From Candidatus Woesearchaeota archaeon (lineage in GTDB: Archaea > Nanobdellota > Nanobdellia > Woesearchaeales > WJIZ01), in contig JAGVYS010000003.1 in the NCBI GenBank assembly GCA_018303125.1, positions 637-64,636 on the forward strand: 64,000 nucleotides of DNA, read 5' to 3'. A model generated the notes under the pieces. The model was not told the origin of the DNA. It saw only the letters and a program-made list of their open reading frames with translations, and made no database searches. Position numbers and translations under genes: made by a program. The number at the start of each line of letters is the position of its first letter. Position 1 is the first letter of the stretch. Positions 38,676 to 49,574 of this stretch are shown one piece after another.

Positions 38676-39809
38676 TCACTTCTTTACCTTTGTTACCAGA
38701 CTTGGCAAGCCTGTTCCTATTGGCACTGGCTGGTTTATCATGACATTTTCTACAACAGATTCAAGATAGTCTATCTCTCCCACGAGTGCTGCGTTTATTA
38801 TGTGCTTAAGCGGGGTCTCGAAAGACGCCCTTGCAAGAACAGATGACTTTTCTGATACTACCCCATACCTCGTTATCCCCCTTACATACCCTGAGTTGCA
38901 CATAACATCCGCAACAAGCATTATGTGCCTTATGTCCACGTTGAGGCCCTGGCTCTCTATTACGCCATACACTTCATTTATGACAGCTTGTCTAGCAGCC
39001 TCTATTCCCAGAACAGATGCTATCTCGAATATGTTGTTTGTTTTTGTCCTTTCGGGCTCAACAAATTCAAGCTTTAGCACATCTTTGAGGTTGGAACCTG
39101 CTGTTATTATGATATATTCATCTCCTCTCTTTACAGGAAGCACATGGCTTATTCCCTTTACGCCCTTCATGTGCGTGGCCTTGATTTTCTCCTTTACCTT
39201 GTACAGGTCATTGAGGTTGATGTCCTTTGACCTGCTCTTGAGCTCCATGCTGTCATCATCGACCTTTATGTTGAAACCTTTAGTTTGCGCCTTGAGGCTG
39301 TTTACAACAGTAGCAACAGTGAAGCTTGCATTTCTCATTAGCTCCCTATCAAGCTTTATCAGTATGGATAGGTCAACTATGTTTATCTCAAATCCTAAGG
39401 AGATGTCATCAAGCGTTGTTTCCTTTATTGACAATGCCAGCTTTTTTATGTCCTTGCCCTCTGAATATGGCTTATTCAGATAAATCTCCATGCTTGGCGT
39501 GCTAAGCTCTTTTCTTCCGTCAAGTATCTCTATAATTCTTGGCAGCCCAACAGTAACGTTCATCTCTGCCACACCCGCAAAGTGGAAAGTATTTAGGGTC
39601 ATTTGGGTGCTTGGCTCTCCTATTGATTCAGCAGATATGTTGCCGATGCATTCTCCTGGGTCAGCCTTGGATTCGTTATACTCTGCTACGGTCTGCTCAA
39701 GTATCTGTTTTAGCTTTGCCTGGCTTATGCTTGCAGGTATGTTTTCCCTAAGGCTGTCAATTATGCTCTTTGGCAGCTTGTCCTCATATTCTTTTATTGC
39801 GTCTGTCAT
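38676..39809 (-). CDS. rpoA2: DNA-directed RNA polymerase subunit A''
   Basis: 377-aa homolog of the C-terminal part of Rpb1/beta' (...[19 protein letters not shown]...); operon context. Confidence 0.9.
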   Translation of the reverse strand: MTDAIKEYEDKLPKSIIDSLRENIPASISQAKLKQILEQTVAEYNESKADPGECIGNISAESIGEPSTQMTLNTFHFAGVAEMNVTVGLPRIIEILDGRKELSTPSMEIYLNKPYSEGKDIKKLALSIKETTLDDISLGFEINIVDLSILIKLDRELMRNASFTVATVVNSLKAQTKGFNIKVDDDSMELKSRSKDINLNDLYKVKEKIKATHMKGVKGISHVLPVKRGDEYIIITAGSNLKDVLKLEFVEPERTKTNNIFEIASVLGIEAARQAVINEVYGVIESQGLNVDIRHIMLVADVMCNSGYVRGITRYGVVSEKSSVLARASFETPLKHIINAALVGEIDYLESVVENVMINQPVPIGTGLPSLVTKVKK

Positions 39810-39810
39810 T

Positions 39811-42411
39811 TTAAAGGTTTGACTTTATTATTCTCTTCACGTTTACTATTCCTTTTTCGGACTTTGAAACATCTATGCCGTCCTCACCATACTCAAACTG
39901 GACTATCCTTCCGGATGCGTTCCTTACTGTGTAATCATATTCTATTTTCAAGTCTTGCATCGCATTGGCAAGCCTCCTGTATAGGTATCCTGATTTTGGT
40001 GTTCTCAGGGCGGTATCCATCAAGGAGTCTCTTCCTGTCATTGAGCCGAAGAAAAATTCTGCAGGAGTGAGGCCTGTCTTGAACCCGTTTGTTATGAATC
40101 CTCGTGCAATCGGCGTCAAATCTTGCTCTCTGAAGCATGAAAGTGTCCTTTTGTTATAACCTTTGTCTATTCTTTTTCCGCGCAGTGCCTGCTGCCCGAC
40201 GCAAGTAGCCATCTGGGCGAGGTTTATCAGGTTGCCTCTTGCTCCTGACACTGCCATTATCATGGTATGGCTTTCCTTGTCGGCATAATTCGCAACAAGC
40301 TCACCTGCCTTGTTTCTTGCGCTGTTAAGCAATTCCAGTATCTTCAGCTCAAGGCTTTCCTCAATGCTCTTTCCAGGGAAGGCATCAAAGTTGCCCTGCC
40401 TGTAGGTGACTATAAGCTCGTCTACTTCTTTCCTTACGTTTTCCATGACCTCGTTTATCTTTGCCTTTGCATCTGAAGGCAGGTCAGTGTCTGATATCGC
40501 AGTTGAGAATCCATACCTTATAAGCACCTGTATTCCTAGCTTGAATATATCCCCTATAAGCTTGATTGCGTATTCTTTTCCGTACTTCTTGTGAATATTT
40601 CTTAGCAGTAAACCAGAGCCTTCTCCAAGGTTGTTCTTGTCCATGACACCCTCTGTAAGCTTGCCATTGGATATTACAACCTTGTCGCTTCCCTTCTCAT
40701 CCTTGCTCCTTGAATGCCCTGTAAAATTGAAGTCCTTTGGCAGGATTGCGGAAAATATCTCCTTGCCAGTTATCTTTTCCTTGTTTGGAAGGGAAAAATC
40801 CTTTATTCCTGCGGAATAAAGCACGTCAAATGCCTCTTCCTTGGGAAATGTCAGCCCTTTGGTCAGTATGTAATTCCCTGATATGGCATCCTGTATGCAG
40901 CCTATGACGCTCAATCCATACCTTGGTGATATGAGCTGCGTCTGTACTTCCATCAGTATCTCTGCTTCAGCCCTTGCTTCCTCTGTCTGGGGTATGTGCA
41001 GGTTCATCTCATCCCCGTCAAAGTCAGCGTTATATGGATTGCATACGCTTGGGTTCAGCCTTAGGGTCCTTCCTGGCAGCACCCTTACCCTGTGGCACAT
41101 CATTGACATCCTGTGCAATGAAGGCTGCCTGTTGAAAATGGCAATGTCGCCATCAAGAAGGTGCCTCTCTACTGTATAGCCAGGCTGCAACTCTTCAAGT
41201 GACGCTTCTTTAGTCTCGTCAGTTATTTTCTTTTTCTTGCCATCAGGCCTTACTATGTAATTTGCACCAGGGTACTTTTCAGGCCCCTTTTCCACGAATT
41301 TCTTTAAGTATGAAACATTCCAGTCGTTCACTCTTTCAGGAACAGTGAGCTTCATTGCAATAACCAAAGGCACTCCGACTTCATTGAGGCCGATCATCGG
41401 GTCAGGAGAGATTACTGTCCTCGCTGAAAAGTTGGTCCTCTTTCCTGCCAGATTATGCCTTATTCTTCCTTCCTTGCTCTTTATCCTCTCTGATATTGTC
41501 CTTAATGCTTGGCCTGAGCGGTGCCTTGCGGGAGGCAGTTGTGCAACAGAATTGTCAAAGAAAGTAGTGATATGATATTGCAGTAAATCCCATAAGTCCT
41601 CTATGATTATCTCAGGCGCACCAGCGTTTATGTTTTCAAACAGCCTCTGGTTTATCCTTACTATGTCGCCTAGCTTGTGCGTAAGGTCATCCTCGCTCCT
41701 CTCGCCTGATTCAAGCGTTATTGACGGCCTCATTGTTACAGGCGGTATGGCCATTATTGTGAGGACCATCCATTCTGGCCTTATGTGAATAGGATTCATG
41801 CCAAAAAGGAATACATCGTCATCAGGTATTTTTTCAAGCCTTACCCTAATCTCTATCGGGCTAAGCCTCTTCTCCTCTTCAAGGAATGTTGTTGGCTTCT
41901 CAAGGGAAATCTTATGCTGCTTGGCCTTGCAGTGCGGGCATTTGTTTACAGTCTTCATGCTCGATATTACTTTCCTTATCTCCAGCCTTCTCGACTCTAT
42001 CCCAGATTCCTCTTCTATCTTGTCGAGATCAGCCTTTGCCTTCGCAATCTTGGCTTGGGGTATAAGGACCCTTCCACATTCCCTGCATGTAGACATCAGC
42101 ATATTGTATATCAGGTTTACAAACTTTATGTGTATGACAGGCCTTGCCAGCTCTATGTATCCAAAATGCCCTACGCATTCCTTCAGCTTTGAGCCGCATG
42201 TCTTGCATTTCAATCCTGGGTCAATTACGCCAAGCCTAATGTCCATCAGGCCGCCATCCACAGGATACCCTTCCTTATCATAAAGCTCAGGCGTGACAAC
42301 TTTAGCAGCGGACATCTTCTTTATCATCTTCGGGGAGAAAACAGAAAACTGTATGCTACCTATCCTCTTGCTTACCGAAGGTTCCGGTTCCTCAATTCTT
42401 TCTTCAGGCAT
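39811..42411 (-). CDS. rpoA1: DNA-directed RNA polymerase subunit A'
   Basis: 866 aa with Zn-binding [21 protein letters not shown] and the catalytic [10 protein letters not shown] motif. Confidence 0.95.
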   Translation of the reverse strand: MPEERIEEPEPSVSKRIGSIQFSVFSPKMIKKMSAAKVVTPELYDKEGYPVDGGLMDIRLGVIDPGLKCKTCGSKLKECVGHFGYIELARPVIHIKFVNLIYNMLMSTCRECGRVLIPQAKIAKAKADLDKIEEESGIESRRLEIRKVISSMKTVNKCPHCKAKQHKISLEKPTTFLEEEKRLSPIEIRVRLEKIPDDDVFLFGMNPIHIRPEWMVLTIMAIPPVTMRPSITLESGERSEDDLTHKLGDIVRINQRLFENINAGAPEIIIEDLWDLLQYHITTFFDNSVAQLPPARHRSGQALRTISERIKSKEGRIRHNLAGKRTNFSARTVISPDPMIGLNEVGVPLVIAMKLTVPERVNDWNVSYLKKFVEKGPEKYPGANYIVRPDGKKKKITDETKEASLEELQPGYTVERHLLDGDIAIFNRQPSLHRMSMMCHRVRVLPGRTLRLNPSVCNPYNADFDGDEMNLHIPQTEEARAEAEILMEVQTQLISPRYGLSVIGCIQDAISGNYILTKGLTFPKEEAFDVLYSAGIKDFSLPNKEKITGKEIFSAILPKDFNFTGHSRSKDEKGSDKVVISNGKLTEGVMDKNNLGEGSGLLLRNIHKKYGKEYAIKLIGDIFKLGIQVLIRYGFSTAISDTDLPSDAKAKINEVMENVRKEVDELIVTYRQGNFDAFPGKSIEESLELKILELLNSARNKAGELVANYADKESHTMIMAVSGARGNLINLAQMATCVGQQALRGKRIDKGYNKRTLSCFREQDLTPIARGFITNGFKTGLTPAEFFFGSMTGRDSLMDTALRTPKSGYLYRRLANAMQDLKIEYDYTVRNASGRIVQFEYGEDGIDVSKSEKGIVNVKRIIKSNL

Positions 42412-42412
42412 T

Positions 42413-44215
42413 TTAGTACTTTGACTCCAGATTCAGCCTTGGATATATTCCCAGGCTCTTAAACTCATCAAGTATCAGCTTGAAAGCATAGCTTATCTCT
42501 ATGTCGCTTATATTTACATTATCTCCGCATATTGGGCAGTATCTCCTGTTCCTGTACTCATCATTTACTGCTATAAGCCCGCATTCTTCGCATACAGGAA
42601 CTATTGTGTTGTCAGAGCTGAACCTTTCTTTGAGGAGCAGCGATGCACCATGTGCTATGAAAGTGTCCTTTTCCATTTCTCCCAGCCTCAGGCCCCCTTC
42701 CTTTGCCCTTCCTTCGGTTGGTTGCCTTGTCAGGAGCTGTATAGGCCCTCTTGCCCTTGCGTGGAGCTTGTTGGCAACCATGTGCTTGAGCTTAAGGTAA
42801 TACATGTCTCCCACGAATATCTTTGCCTGCATCCTATTTCCAGTCTCTCCATTATAGAATGTTTCAGTTCCATTTTCCCTGAAACCTCTCTGCAGCAGCT
42901 CTTTCCTCAGCTGCTCTTCCGGCTCAGCATCAAATGTGGTTCCATCTATATATCTCCCGCTGAGTGCTCCCACTTTTCCTCCTACCATTTCTATGAGGTG
43001 TGCTATTGTCATTCTTGAAGGTATTCCGTGAGGTGAGAATATTATGTCTGGCACAATTCCTGATGATGAAAATGGCATGTCAGCAGGCGGCACTATTATC
43101 CCGACTATTCCTTTTTGCCCGTGCCTGGAGGTAAATTTATCGCCTATTTCAGGAATCCTTGAATCCCTGACTCTTACCTGTATCAGCCTGTTGCCTTCTT
43201 CGTTCTCTGTAATAAGAACAATGTCAACGGTTCCTTTTTCACCGTGCTTGAGGCTTAGAGAGCTTTCCCTTCTTGTCGCCGAAGCTATATTGTACTCATC
43301 AAGTGAGCTCAGGAACCTTGGCGGGGAAGTCTTGCCTATAATGACATCTCCTTCATCTACCCCTGCCTCAGGGTAAATTATGCCGTCTTCCTCGAGGAAC
43401 CTGTAATCCTTCTCTGTCTTGTATCCTTTTACATCCTTATCAGGAATGGATATCTCGTCAATTAGGCCACCTGCATACCTTAGCTCTTCAGCCACGCTTG
43501 GCCTGAAATAAGTGCTCCTTCCGAAGCCCCTGTCTATGGATCCCCTGTTTATGACTATGGCGTCTTCCATGTTATAACCCTTGTAGCTCATTATCGCGAT
43601 TACTATGTTCTGCCCGTTAGGGTGGGAGTCATAATTCCATACATCATTCATTAGGGTCTGGACTATCGGCTTTTGAGGTGAATGCAATATATTGACATCC
43701 ATGTCAAGCCTTACAGGATAATTTGATGCATAAATGCCAACGGCTTGCTTCTGGTTCTTTGAGCCTGCATTCAGCCTCGTTGACTGGTTGAAATTGCCAT
43801 AAGGTACAAGAGCTGAGCATAAGCCAAGCATTGTCAAAGGGGAAATCTCAAGATGGGTATGCGTGCTGGTAAGCTCATTAGCCCTGAAAGCTATGAGGCA
43901 GTTTTCCTCTTCGGCAGCATCAACGTACTCTATGATGCCTTCCTTAATCAGGTCATGCCATGCCATTTCTCCCCTGTTTAGCCGGTCATAATGCTGCTGC
44001 GTGATTGAGGGCTTGCCTTCCTTTGCTACTATGAGCGGCCTTCTTGTCCTTCCTGCATCTGTTTCTATGAAGACATCTCCAGTTATGCTCTCACGGTAGA
44101 CATTCACATTGTTATGTAATGCGCCACTTCTTCTCTCTTCCTTTAGCCTGCTGACAAAAGAGGAAGAATCATCAACCTCCCCTATAAGCTTACTGTTTAT
44201 GAATACTTCTACCAT
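42413..44215 (-). CDS. rpoB1: DNA-directed RNA polymerase subunit B' (C-terminal part of split B)
   Basis: 600 aa with ...GDKFTSRHGQKGIVG... and a C-terminal Zn-ribbon (CEECG...CPICG). Confidence 0.95.
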   Translation of the reverse strand: MVEVFINSKLIGEVDDSSSFVSRLKEERRSGALHNNVNVYRESITGDVFIETDAGRTRRPLIVAKEGKPSITQQHYDRLNRGEMAWHDLIKEGIIEYVDAAEEENCLIAFRANELTSTHTHLEISPLTMLGLCSALVPYGNFNQSTRLNAGSKNQKQAVGIYASNYPVRLDMDVNILHSPQKPIVQTLMNDVWNYDSHPNGQNIVIAIMSYKGYNMEDAIVINRGSIDRGFGRSTYFRPSVAEELRYAGGLIDEISIPDKDVKGYKTEKDYRFLEEDGIIYPEAGVDEGDVIIGKTSPPRFLSSLDEYNIASATRRESSLSLKHGEKGTVDIVLITENEEGNRLIQVRVRDSRIPEIGDKFTSRHGQKGIVGIIVPPADMPFSSSGIVPDIIFSPHGIPSRMTIAHLIEMVGGKVGALSGRYIDGTTFDAEPEEQLRKELLQRGFRENGTETFYNGETGNRMQAKIFVGDMYYLKLKHMVANKLHARARGPIQLLTRQPTEGRAKEGGLRLGEMEKDTFIAHGASLLLKERFSSDNTIVPVCEECGLIAVNDEYRNRRYCPICGDNVNISDIEISYAFKLILDEFKSLGIYPRLNLESKY

Positions 44216-44216
44216 T

Positions 44217-45704
44217 TTACCACAATGTCCTCATTCCACAATCCTTCATTATTTTTATGGCATCCTCTTCTGAGCCTGCCTTTGATACCGATGCCAAAAG
44301 GGAGAGATTTTTCCTCAGCCCTATGTTTGTTCCTTCAGGTGTCTCTATAGGGCATAGCCTCCCCAGATGAGTTGCATGCAATGCCCTTGCCTCGAAATTC
44401 TCCTGGGATGCACTAAGAGGGCTGACAACTCTCTGGAGATGGGATATTGTTTCAAGGAAATTAAGCCTTTGAATTCTCTGGCATACTCCTTTCCTTCCTC
44501 CAACCCAGTTTCCTGTTGCCATTGCTGAATCTATTCTCTGTGTGAGCAGCTTTTCCCTTATTATCGCCCTTATTGATGGGAATTTGCCTCTCTTTACTAT
44601 CCTCTGGAAATTATAAAGCAAATCGCCAACAAGAACCTTGAAATTGACCCTCAATAAGTCGGAGAGAAGGTCGCCGCTTAGCTTAAGCTTCTTGTTCATG
44701 TAATGGTCCTTGTCATTAACAGGCACAACGCCATTGGATACAATCAGGTATCTTTTCAGGAATTTGCAGAGATTGTAAGCCTTGTATACCCTGTCCTTTT
44801 CCTCTATGCCTAGATGTGGCAGCAGGTACTTGTCAAGAATCTCTTTCATCCTCTCCACCCTTACTTCCTTTGTCTGGGTTATCCCTATTTTTCTTGCTAT
44901 GTAATCTATGGCCTCTTCCTCGGTTTTTATTGATACGAACTCATAGAGGTTTATGAGCATCTCATCATATGATTTTTCAGCGCTTATGAACTTCATTATC
45001 TCCTCATCTTTGAGGAGTCCAAGCGCCTTTATCAGGACAACAATAGGTATCCTTTTTACCCTCGTGAAAGTCAGGTAAAATATTCCATCGCTGAGCCTCT
45101 CCAATGTATGCGGGATCTTGAATGAGCCTCTTTCAGAGAATATTTTTCCAACATATTTGCTTGGCCCTACTGCGCCTTTTTCTATCAGGATATGGTTGGG
45201 TGCAAGGTCTTCTATGTGGACCAGTACCTTTTCAGTTCCGTTGATTATGAAATATCCTCCCGGGTCATCAGGGTCCTCTCCTTTCTCGATAAGCTCCTGC
45301 CTTCCCATTTTATCCAAGTGGCAGTTCTTGCTCTTGAGCATTATCGGAAGATTTCCTATTTGGGTTGTCAATGATTCCCTCTGCACATCGTTGATGTATG
45401 CAGAAACGTCCACGAATATGGGGGCAGAATAAGTTATTTTCCTGAGCCTTGCCTCGAATGGATAAATGTTCCTCTTTGATCCATCAGCCTCTGTTATCTC
45501 AGGCTTTGTCACCCATATCTTGTCAAACCTTATCTTGAAGCTGTCTATGTTCTGCGGTATTATTGTCGGCTCTATTATCCTGTTCTCGAGGATTATATCA
45601 TTGAGCTCCTTCTCTATGAGATTGTTGAAGGACTCTATATCAGAACCTACAAAACTATGTTCCTTGAAATAGCTCTTTATGAGAACTTCTGATTCCTTAT
45701 ACAT
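44217..45704 (-). CDS. rpoB2: DNA-directed RNA polymerase subunit B'' (N-terminal part of split B)
   Basis: 495 aa homologous to the N-terminal lobe and protrusion regions of Rpb2/beta. Confidence 0.9.
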   Translation of the reverse strand: MYKESEVLIKSYFKEHSFVGSDIESFNNLIEKELNDIILENRIIEPTIIPQNIDSFKIRFDKIWVTKPEITEADGSKRNIYPFEARLRKITYSAPIFVDVSAYINDVQRESLTTQIGNLPIMLKSKNCHLDKMGRQELIEKGEDPDDPGGYFIINGTEKVLVHIEDLAPNHILIEKGAVGPSKYVGKIFSERGSFKIPHTLERLSDGIFYLTFTRVKRIPIVVLIKALGLLKDEEIMKFISAEKSYDEMLINLYEFVSIKTEEEAIDYIARKIGITQTKEVRVERMKEILDKYLLPHLGIEEKDRVYKAYNLCKFLKRYLIVSNGVVPVNDKDHYMNKKLKLSGDLLSDLLRVNFKVLVGDLLYNFQRIVKRGKFPSIRAIIREKLLTQRIDSAMATGNWVGGRKGVCQRIQRLNFLETISHLQRVVSPLSASQENFEARALHATHLGRLCPIETPEGTNIGLRKNLSLLASVSKAGSEEDAIKIMKDCGMRTLW

Positions 45705-45942
45705 TTATTACGCACCTGTAAAACACAGCCTCTCCTGCAGTTGGGCTTTTCCTTAGTATCTTGACAACATCCCCTGGCTTGACATCCAGCTCTTTTATCG
45801 CCGGGTCATTCTTTACTATCAAAGGGAGGTCATATACTGAAATGTGGTATTTCTCCAACACTTCACTTTTCTCCTTTTCACTTACCTTGGTATGCTTCGG
45901 CACAAGGAAGTGCTTTTTTATGTCAAATCCGCTTTTGGTCAT
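45697..45942 (-). CDS. rpoH: DNA-directed RNA polymerase subunit H (Rpb5 homolog)
   Basis: 81 aa (VPKHTKVSEKEKSEVLEKY...PGDVVKI); first gene of the rpo operon. Confidence 0.85.
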   Translation of the reverse strand: MTKSGFDIKKHFLVPKHTKVSEKEKSEVLEKYHISVYDLPLIVKNDPAIKELDVKPGDVVKILRKSPTAGEAVFYRCVINV

Positions 45943-45956
45943 TCTTATTCCTTTAC

Positions 45957-46041
45957 GGGCCGTACGAGATTCGAACTCGCGACCCCCTGATTGCTTCTGC
46001 CTTAAAAGTCAGGTGCTCTAGCCAGGCTGAGCTAACGGCCC
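45957..46041 (-). tRNA. tRNA-Lys(UUU) with an ~11-nt intron in the anticodon loop
   Basis: Reverse complement: GGGCCGT TA GCTC AGCCTGGCTA GAGC A CCTGA CTTTTA[AGGCAGAAGCA]A TCAGG GGGTC GCGAG TTCGAAT CTCGT ACGGCCC. Confidence 0.75.
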
Positions 46042-46044
46042 AAA

Positions 46045-46164
46045 CGCCCCGGCCGGGACTTTCATCCCAACGGGAATCCGTTAGGGTATTGAACCCGGGT
46101 CGGAGCCTTTTTGCGACGCTCAGTCACGACAGGGCTCCATGATAGGCCACTACACTACCAGGGC
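46045..46164 (-). tRNA. tRNA-Asp(GUC)-like with two putative introns (anticodon loop and T-arm)
   Basis: Reverse complement: GCCCTGG TA GTGTAGTGGCCTATCATG GAGCC CTGTCG[...]GGCTCC, then a T-arm CCGGG TTCAATA CC[~28 nt]CGG, then acceptor 3' CCGGGGC. 120 nt in total. The D-arm is typical of archaeal tRNA-Asp/Gly. Confidence 0.55.
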
Positions 46165-46195
46165 ATTCCTACAACTATTAGTCATACTCGTTTTG

Positions 46196-46208
46196 TGTAT
46201 TAATATAG
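46196..46208 (-). promoter_or_regulatory. TATA-box candidate upstream of the tRNA-Asp/tRNA-Lys/rpoH transcription unit
   Basis: Minus-strand gctatattaatac lies ~35-45 bp upstream of the tRNA-Asp 5' end. There is no room for a promoter between the tRNAs and rpoH. Confidence 0.3.
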
Positions 46209-46322
46209 CTAATAGAAGCATGAAAGGCCATCTTATCAGGTATTTTGACCTCATTTTTAAAGCTTTCTGTTTTTCCTTTTGGCGTGCTTAAATGCATGTT
46301 TTTTGCCATTGATAAGGCAAAA

Positions 46323-46967
46323 TCAGCTGCTCTTTGCTGCATGTTTATGTTTCAAATATTCAATTACAGGCGGAATGAAAGAGATAACGATTATAATCAT
46401 GATTACAAGTGTCAGGTTTTCCTTAACCCAGTGGAAGTTCCCAAAAAAGTATCCTCCGAGGAGGAATATAAATATCCAGAGGAAGCCTCCTGCTACGTTG
46501 AAAGTAAGGAATTTCGGATATTTCATCCTGCCTATGCCTGCCACGAAGGGTGCAAAAGTCCTTATTATCGGTATGAATCTCGCGAATATTATTGTCTTCC
46601 CTCCGTGCTTGTCATAAAACTTCTTTGTCTTTTCAAGGTACTCTGCCTTGAACAGCTTGCTCTTCGCAAACACTCTTTCTCCGAAGTAATTGCCTATCCA
46701 GTAATTTAAAGTGTCTCCGAGAATAGCAGCAGCAAAAAGCAGCACGAACAGGATAAAAATATTGAGCTGGCCTGCAGCTGCAAGAGTGCCTGTTACAAAT
46801 AAGAGTGAGTCGCCCGGCAGGAATGGGGTTATTACTAAACCAGTCTCGCAGAAGATTATGAGGAAAAGCAAAAGATATACCCAAAGCCCGTAATCTCTTA
46901 TGAGTACAATAAGATATTCATCAAGATTAAGTATTATGTCCAAGAACTTTGTTGCTATCTCAATCAT
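46323..46967 (-). CDS. DedA-family (TVP38/TMEM64) membrane protein
   Basis: ...CETGLVITPFLPGDSLLFVTG... is the DedA signature region; 214 aa, multi-pass membrane. Confidence 0.8.
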   Translation of the reverse strand: MIEIATKFLDIILNLDEYLIVLIRDYGLWVYLLLFLIIFCETGLVITPFLPGDSLLFVTGTLAAAGQLNIFILFVLLFAAAILGDTLNYWIGNYFGERVFAKSKLFKAEYLEKTKKFYDKHGGKTIIFARFIPIIRTFAPFVAGIGRMKYPKFLTFNVAGGFLWIFIFLLGGYFFGNFHWVKENLTLVIMIIIVISFIPPVIEYLKHKHAAKSS

Positions 46968-47009
46968 GAAATTGATTTATGGCATTGGTTTATAAATCCT
47001 GCGAGAATG

Positions 47010-47324
47010 TTAATCCTTCCCTGTGCTGTATACTCCCTCTTTTTCGTCCACATCCACTATCTTACCCTTAATTATTTTCTTTTTGCTCGGCTTCTCCTTT
47101 TTCCTGAAGCTATTTCCTATGCCATGGAACAATCCAGACAGGAGCATTCTCAAGAAGGCAAAAATCCCGGTAAGAAGCATGAGCAGCCCTATTATAATCA
47201 ATGGCAGGCCTATGAAAATCAATATTATGCTTATGCTCAGTATAATGCCGAGCATTATGATTATTATGGATACTACAATAAGAATGAGAGGCAGAATTAT
47301 CGGCCTTATGACAATCGCTTTCAT
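47010..47324 (-). CDS. small membrane protein
   Basis: 104 aa with two long Ile/Leu-rich helices and a charged C-terminus. The overlapping plus-strand Q/Y/N-rich ORFs are antisense artefacts. Confidence 0.4.
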   Translation of the reverse strand: MKAIVIRPIILPLILIVVSIIIIMLGIILSISIILIFIGLPLIIIGLLMLLTGIFAFLRMLLSGLFHGIGNSFRKKEKPSKKKIIKGKIVDVDEKEGVYSTGKD

Positions 47325-47374
47325 TTATGCATCTAAAAAATAGAAGTTTAAAATATTTTTCAAATATGGAAGGC

Positions 47375-48094
47375 TTAATCTATGGAAGTTGGTTCCCCAA
47401 TAAAAGAATAAAAGTCTTCCTTCTCAAATTTCCATGAGCAGATTATATTGAACTCATCGTCAAAATAAACAATCGCTTCTTGCTTATAATCGCCTGAGGT
47501 TATGTCTGGGGCATATATGGTATAGAAGCTAATTGCATATGATTCTTCCTGTTTTGATTGAATTTTCTGGATACTGTCTTTAACTCTATCTGGGCAGCTT
47601 TTAATTTCTTCAGTTGCGCAATAATCACCCTTCATATCCTCTATTGCTTGCATATCTTCTTCAGATATGGCTCCTGCCAAATAAAACTCTTTAGGGCAGT
47701 TATTTCTTATTACATCCATGACTTCTTCACTCGTGTTACTGTATAGCTTATCTAGTGATGGCAGTTGCGGGCCTCCTTTAAATGCAGAATCTCCTTTCCT
47801 TCCCAACCCTTTTGATTTTAAATAATTAAGTGCTAAACGTTCTCTTACTAGGCTTGCAAATTCTTTTCCCTTTGAAAACTCCTTAAATATGCCAATCTCT
47901 TCAGCCAATTTTGATTTTTCCTCTGTTAAAGAAGCTACCTTAGTTGATAATTTAAAATTCTCTTCTGAGAAAGAGTTTAAATCATATTTTAATTCCTTAA
48001 TATCATTATTCCTCTGGATTATCAGAAAAGTTGCTATCCCTAACAAGGTAAGGACCAAAACAGCAAAGCCAATTATTACATACTTATTATCCAT
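47375..48094 (-). CDS. membrane-anchored hypothetical protein with a coiled-coil region
   Basis: N-terminal TM helix (YVIIGFAVLVLTLLGIATFLII) followed by coiled coil; 239 aa. Confidence 0.5.
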   Translation of the reverse strand: MDNKYVIIGFAVLVLTLLGIATFLIIQRNNDIKELKYDLNSFSEENFKLSTKVASLTEEKSKLAEEIGIFKEFSKGKEFASLVRERLALNYLKSKGLGRKGDSAFKGGPQLPSLDKLYSNTSEEVMDVIRNNCPKEFYLAGAISEEDMQAIEDMKGDYCATEEIKSCPDRVKDSIQKIQSKQEESYAISFYTIYAPDITSGDYKQEAIVYFDDEFNIICSWKFEKEDFYSFIGEPTSID

Positions 48095-48248
48095 TAACAG
48101 TACCTCCCTTTATTTGTATAAATAACTTTCTTTGTTTTTCCAAAACAATAATCACTAGTAGCCAGCATGTGTTATGACATCTCAATAATCATAGTTTGCC
48201 AATATATCGATTATATGCAAAGTCTATTTTGTTGCTGAGAATAAAAGA

Positions 48249-48320
48249 GCCCCTGGAGGAACTTGAATCCTCGACCTTTACCTTACCAAGGTAACGCTCT
48301 ACCAGCTGAGCTACAGGGGC
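48249..48320 (-). tRNA. tRNA-Thr(GGU)
   Basis: Reverse complement: GCCCCTG TA GCTC AGCTGGTA GAGC G TTACC TTGGTAA GGTAA AGGTC GAGGA TTCAAGT TCCTC CAGGGGC. Confidence 0.8.
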
Positions 48321-48479
48321 GATACGCATGGGAAACTCCAAGAGTTCTTTAAATAGATTATCATGATACATTTTTTTGCCTGGTAATCATTTTAAGTTCT
48401 TAAAAAATTCATTTAGTCCTATTAGTTACCAGACGGTTACCAAAAAATTTATATAGTTCTATTTGTTACCACGTCTCAT

Positions 48480-49076
48480 ATGATCAAAGAGAATAAAATA
48501 CCCTTAAAAGTGTGTCTAATTGACTTGAATGAAGCATATCAAAAGGTATTGTATTGGTTCTTTTCATTTCCTGGCAGGAATATAGGCCTCAATGAATTGT
48601 CATCAGCTTTGCGGATTTCTAAAACAACTGCAAAAAAGGTTGTTGTAGATCTTGAAAAGGAAGGTTTTCTGAAAAGGAAGGTTTATGGAAAAACCTGGGT
48701 AATCTCGTGCGATGTCAGCCATAATTTCAATTTCACAAAAAAAGTGGCTTTCAATTTAGCCATGGTTTTTGGGGCCTACCGGTCGGGCTTGAAAGGCCGC
48801 ATCAATGACTTTGTCGGCAATGCCCAAGCAGTAATCCTTTTTGGCTCCTACAGGAAAGGAGATGACACCGAGAAGAGCGACATTGACATTGCAGTTGAGG
48901 TAGTTGGCAACGCAGATTTGAAAATAATCCAGCTCGGAATAATGCAGCAATTCGGCTACAGGAAAGATGTGCCAATCAACCTACACGTCTTTTCCAGGAA
49001 TAAGGTTGACATAAACATGTTTTCGAATATTGCCAATGGGATTGTATTGGAAGGTTTTCTGGAGGTAAAAGCATGA
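48480..49076 (+). CDS. winged-HTH plus minimal nucleotidyltransferase (MNT) protein, second copy
   Basis: ILFGSYRKGDDTEKSDIDIAV nucleotidyltransferase motif; paralog of 11846..12364. Confidence 0.8.
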   Translation: MIKENKIPLKVCLIDLNEAYQKVLYWFFSFPGRNIGLNELSSALRISKTTAKKVVVDLEKEGFLKRKVYGKTWVISCDVSHNFNFTKKVAFNLAMVFGAYRSGLKGRINDFVGNAQAVILFGSYRKGDDTEKSDIDIAVEVVGNADLKIIQLGIMQQFGYRKDVPINLHVFSRNKVDINMFSNIANGIVLEGFLEVKA

Positions 49077-49468
49077 GATACAAGTGCCCTGATAAGAAAA
49101 GCGCCATAAGCATTCTTGAGGCATCGCAGAGGGAGATGAAGTATACTGAGTCACTTGAGGTATCTGAAGACTCTGGTTCCACAATTGTTAGGAATACATA
49201 TGAATGTTTCAGGATGCTGGGCGATTCCTTGCTGGTTTCTGAAGGGATAGAGTCTGAAGACCACATAGCGCCGATTAAAGAGCTGATGAAATTGAAGATA
49301 GCCACAGATAGGCCTATCAATCTCGTTGATAATCTGCGCAGGTTAAGGCATAATATCAACTATTATGGTTACAAGCCTTCTCTTGAGGAAGTAAAGGAAG
49401 TAAAGGCCATAGCCAAAAGTCTTTTTGAAAAGATTAAAAATGAGGTTCTGAGAAAGATTAAACAATAG
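49073..49468 (+). CDS. HEPN/KNTase-C-like partner of the MNT, intact copy
   Basis: 131 aa; 4-nt overlap with the MNT gene; C-terminal RRLRHNINYYGYKPSLEEVKEVKAIAKSLFEKIK matches the read-through sequence of 12358..12789. Confidence 0.7.
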   Translation: MRYKCPDKKSAISILEASQREMKYTESLEVSEDSGSTIVRNTYECFRMLGDSLLVSEGIESEDHIAPIKELMKLKIATDRPINLVDNLRRLRHNINYYGYKPSLEEVKEVKAIAKSLFEKIKNEVLRKIKQ

Positions 49469-49574
49469 CTATTTGTGTTCTCTGTACAGCTGAAACATCG
49501 CTCGAAAGTCTGGGTTTTTCGGCATTCTGTTTTTCAGGCGCCATTCCTTGTTAATCATCTTGCTTGAAAATAAT

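Noticed and set aside
46245-46709. 154-aa plus-strand ORF
   Set aside because: It is antisense to the well-supported DedA-family membrane protein gene.
47007-47343. Plus-strand Q/Y/N-rich ORFs (109 and 106 aa)
   Set aside because: Their composition is the mirror image of Ile/Leu-rich codons; they are antisense to the plausible small membrane protein 47010..47324.
48189-48371. 60-aa minus-strand ORF
   Set aside because: It overlaps the tRNA-Thr gene; it is an artefact.
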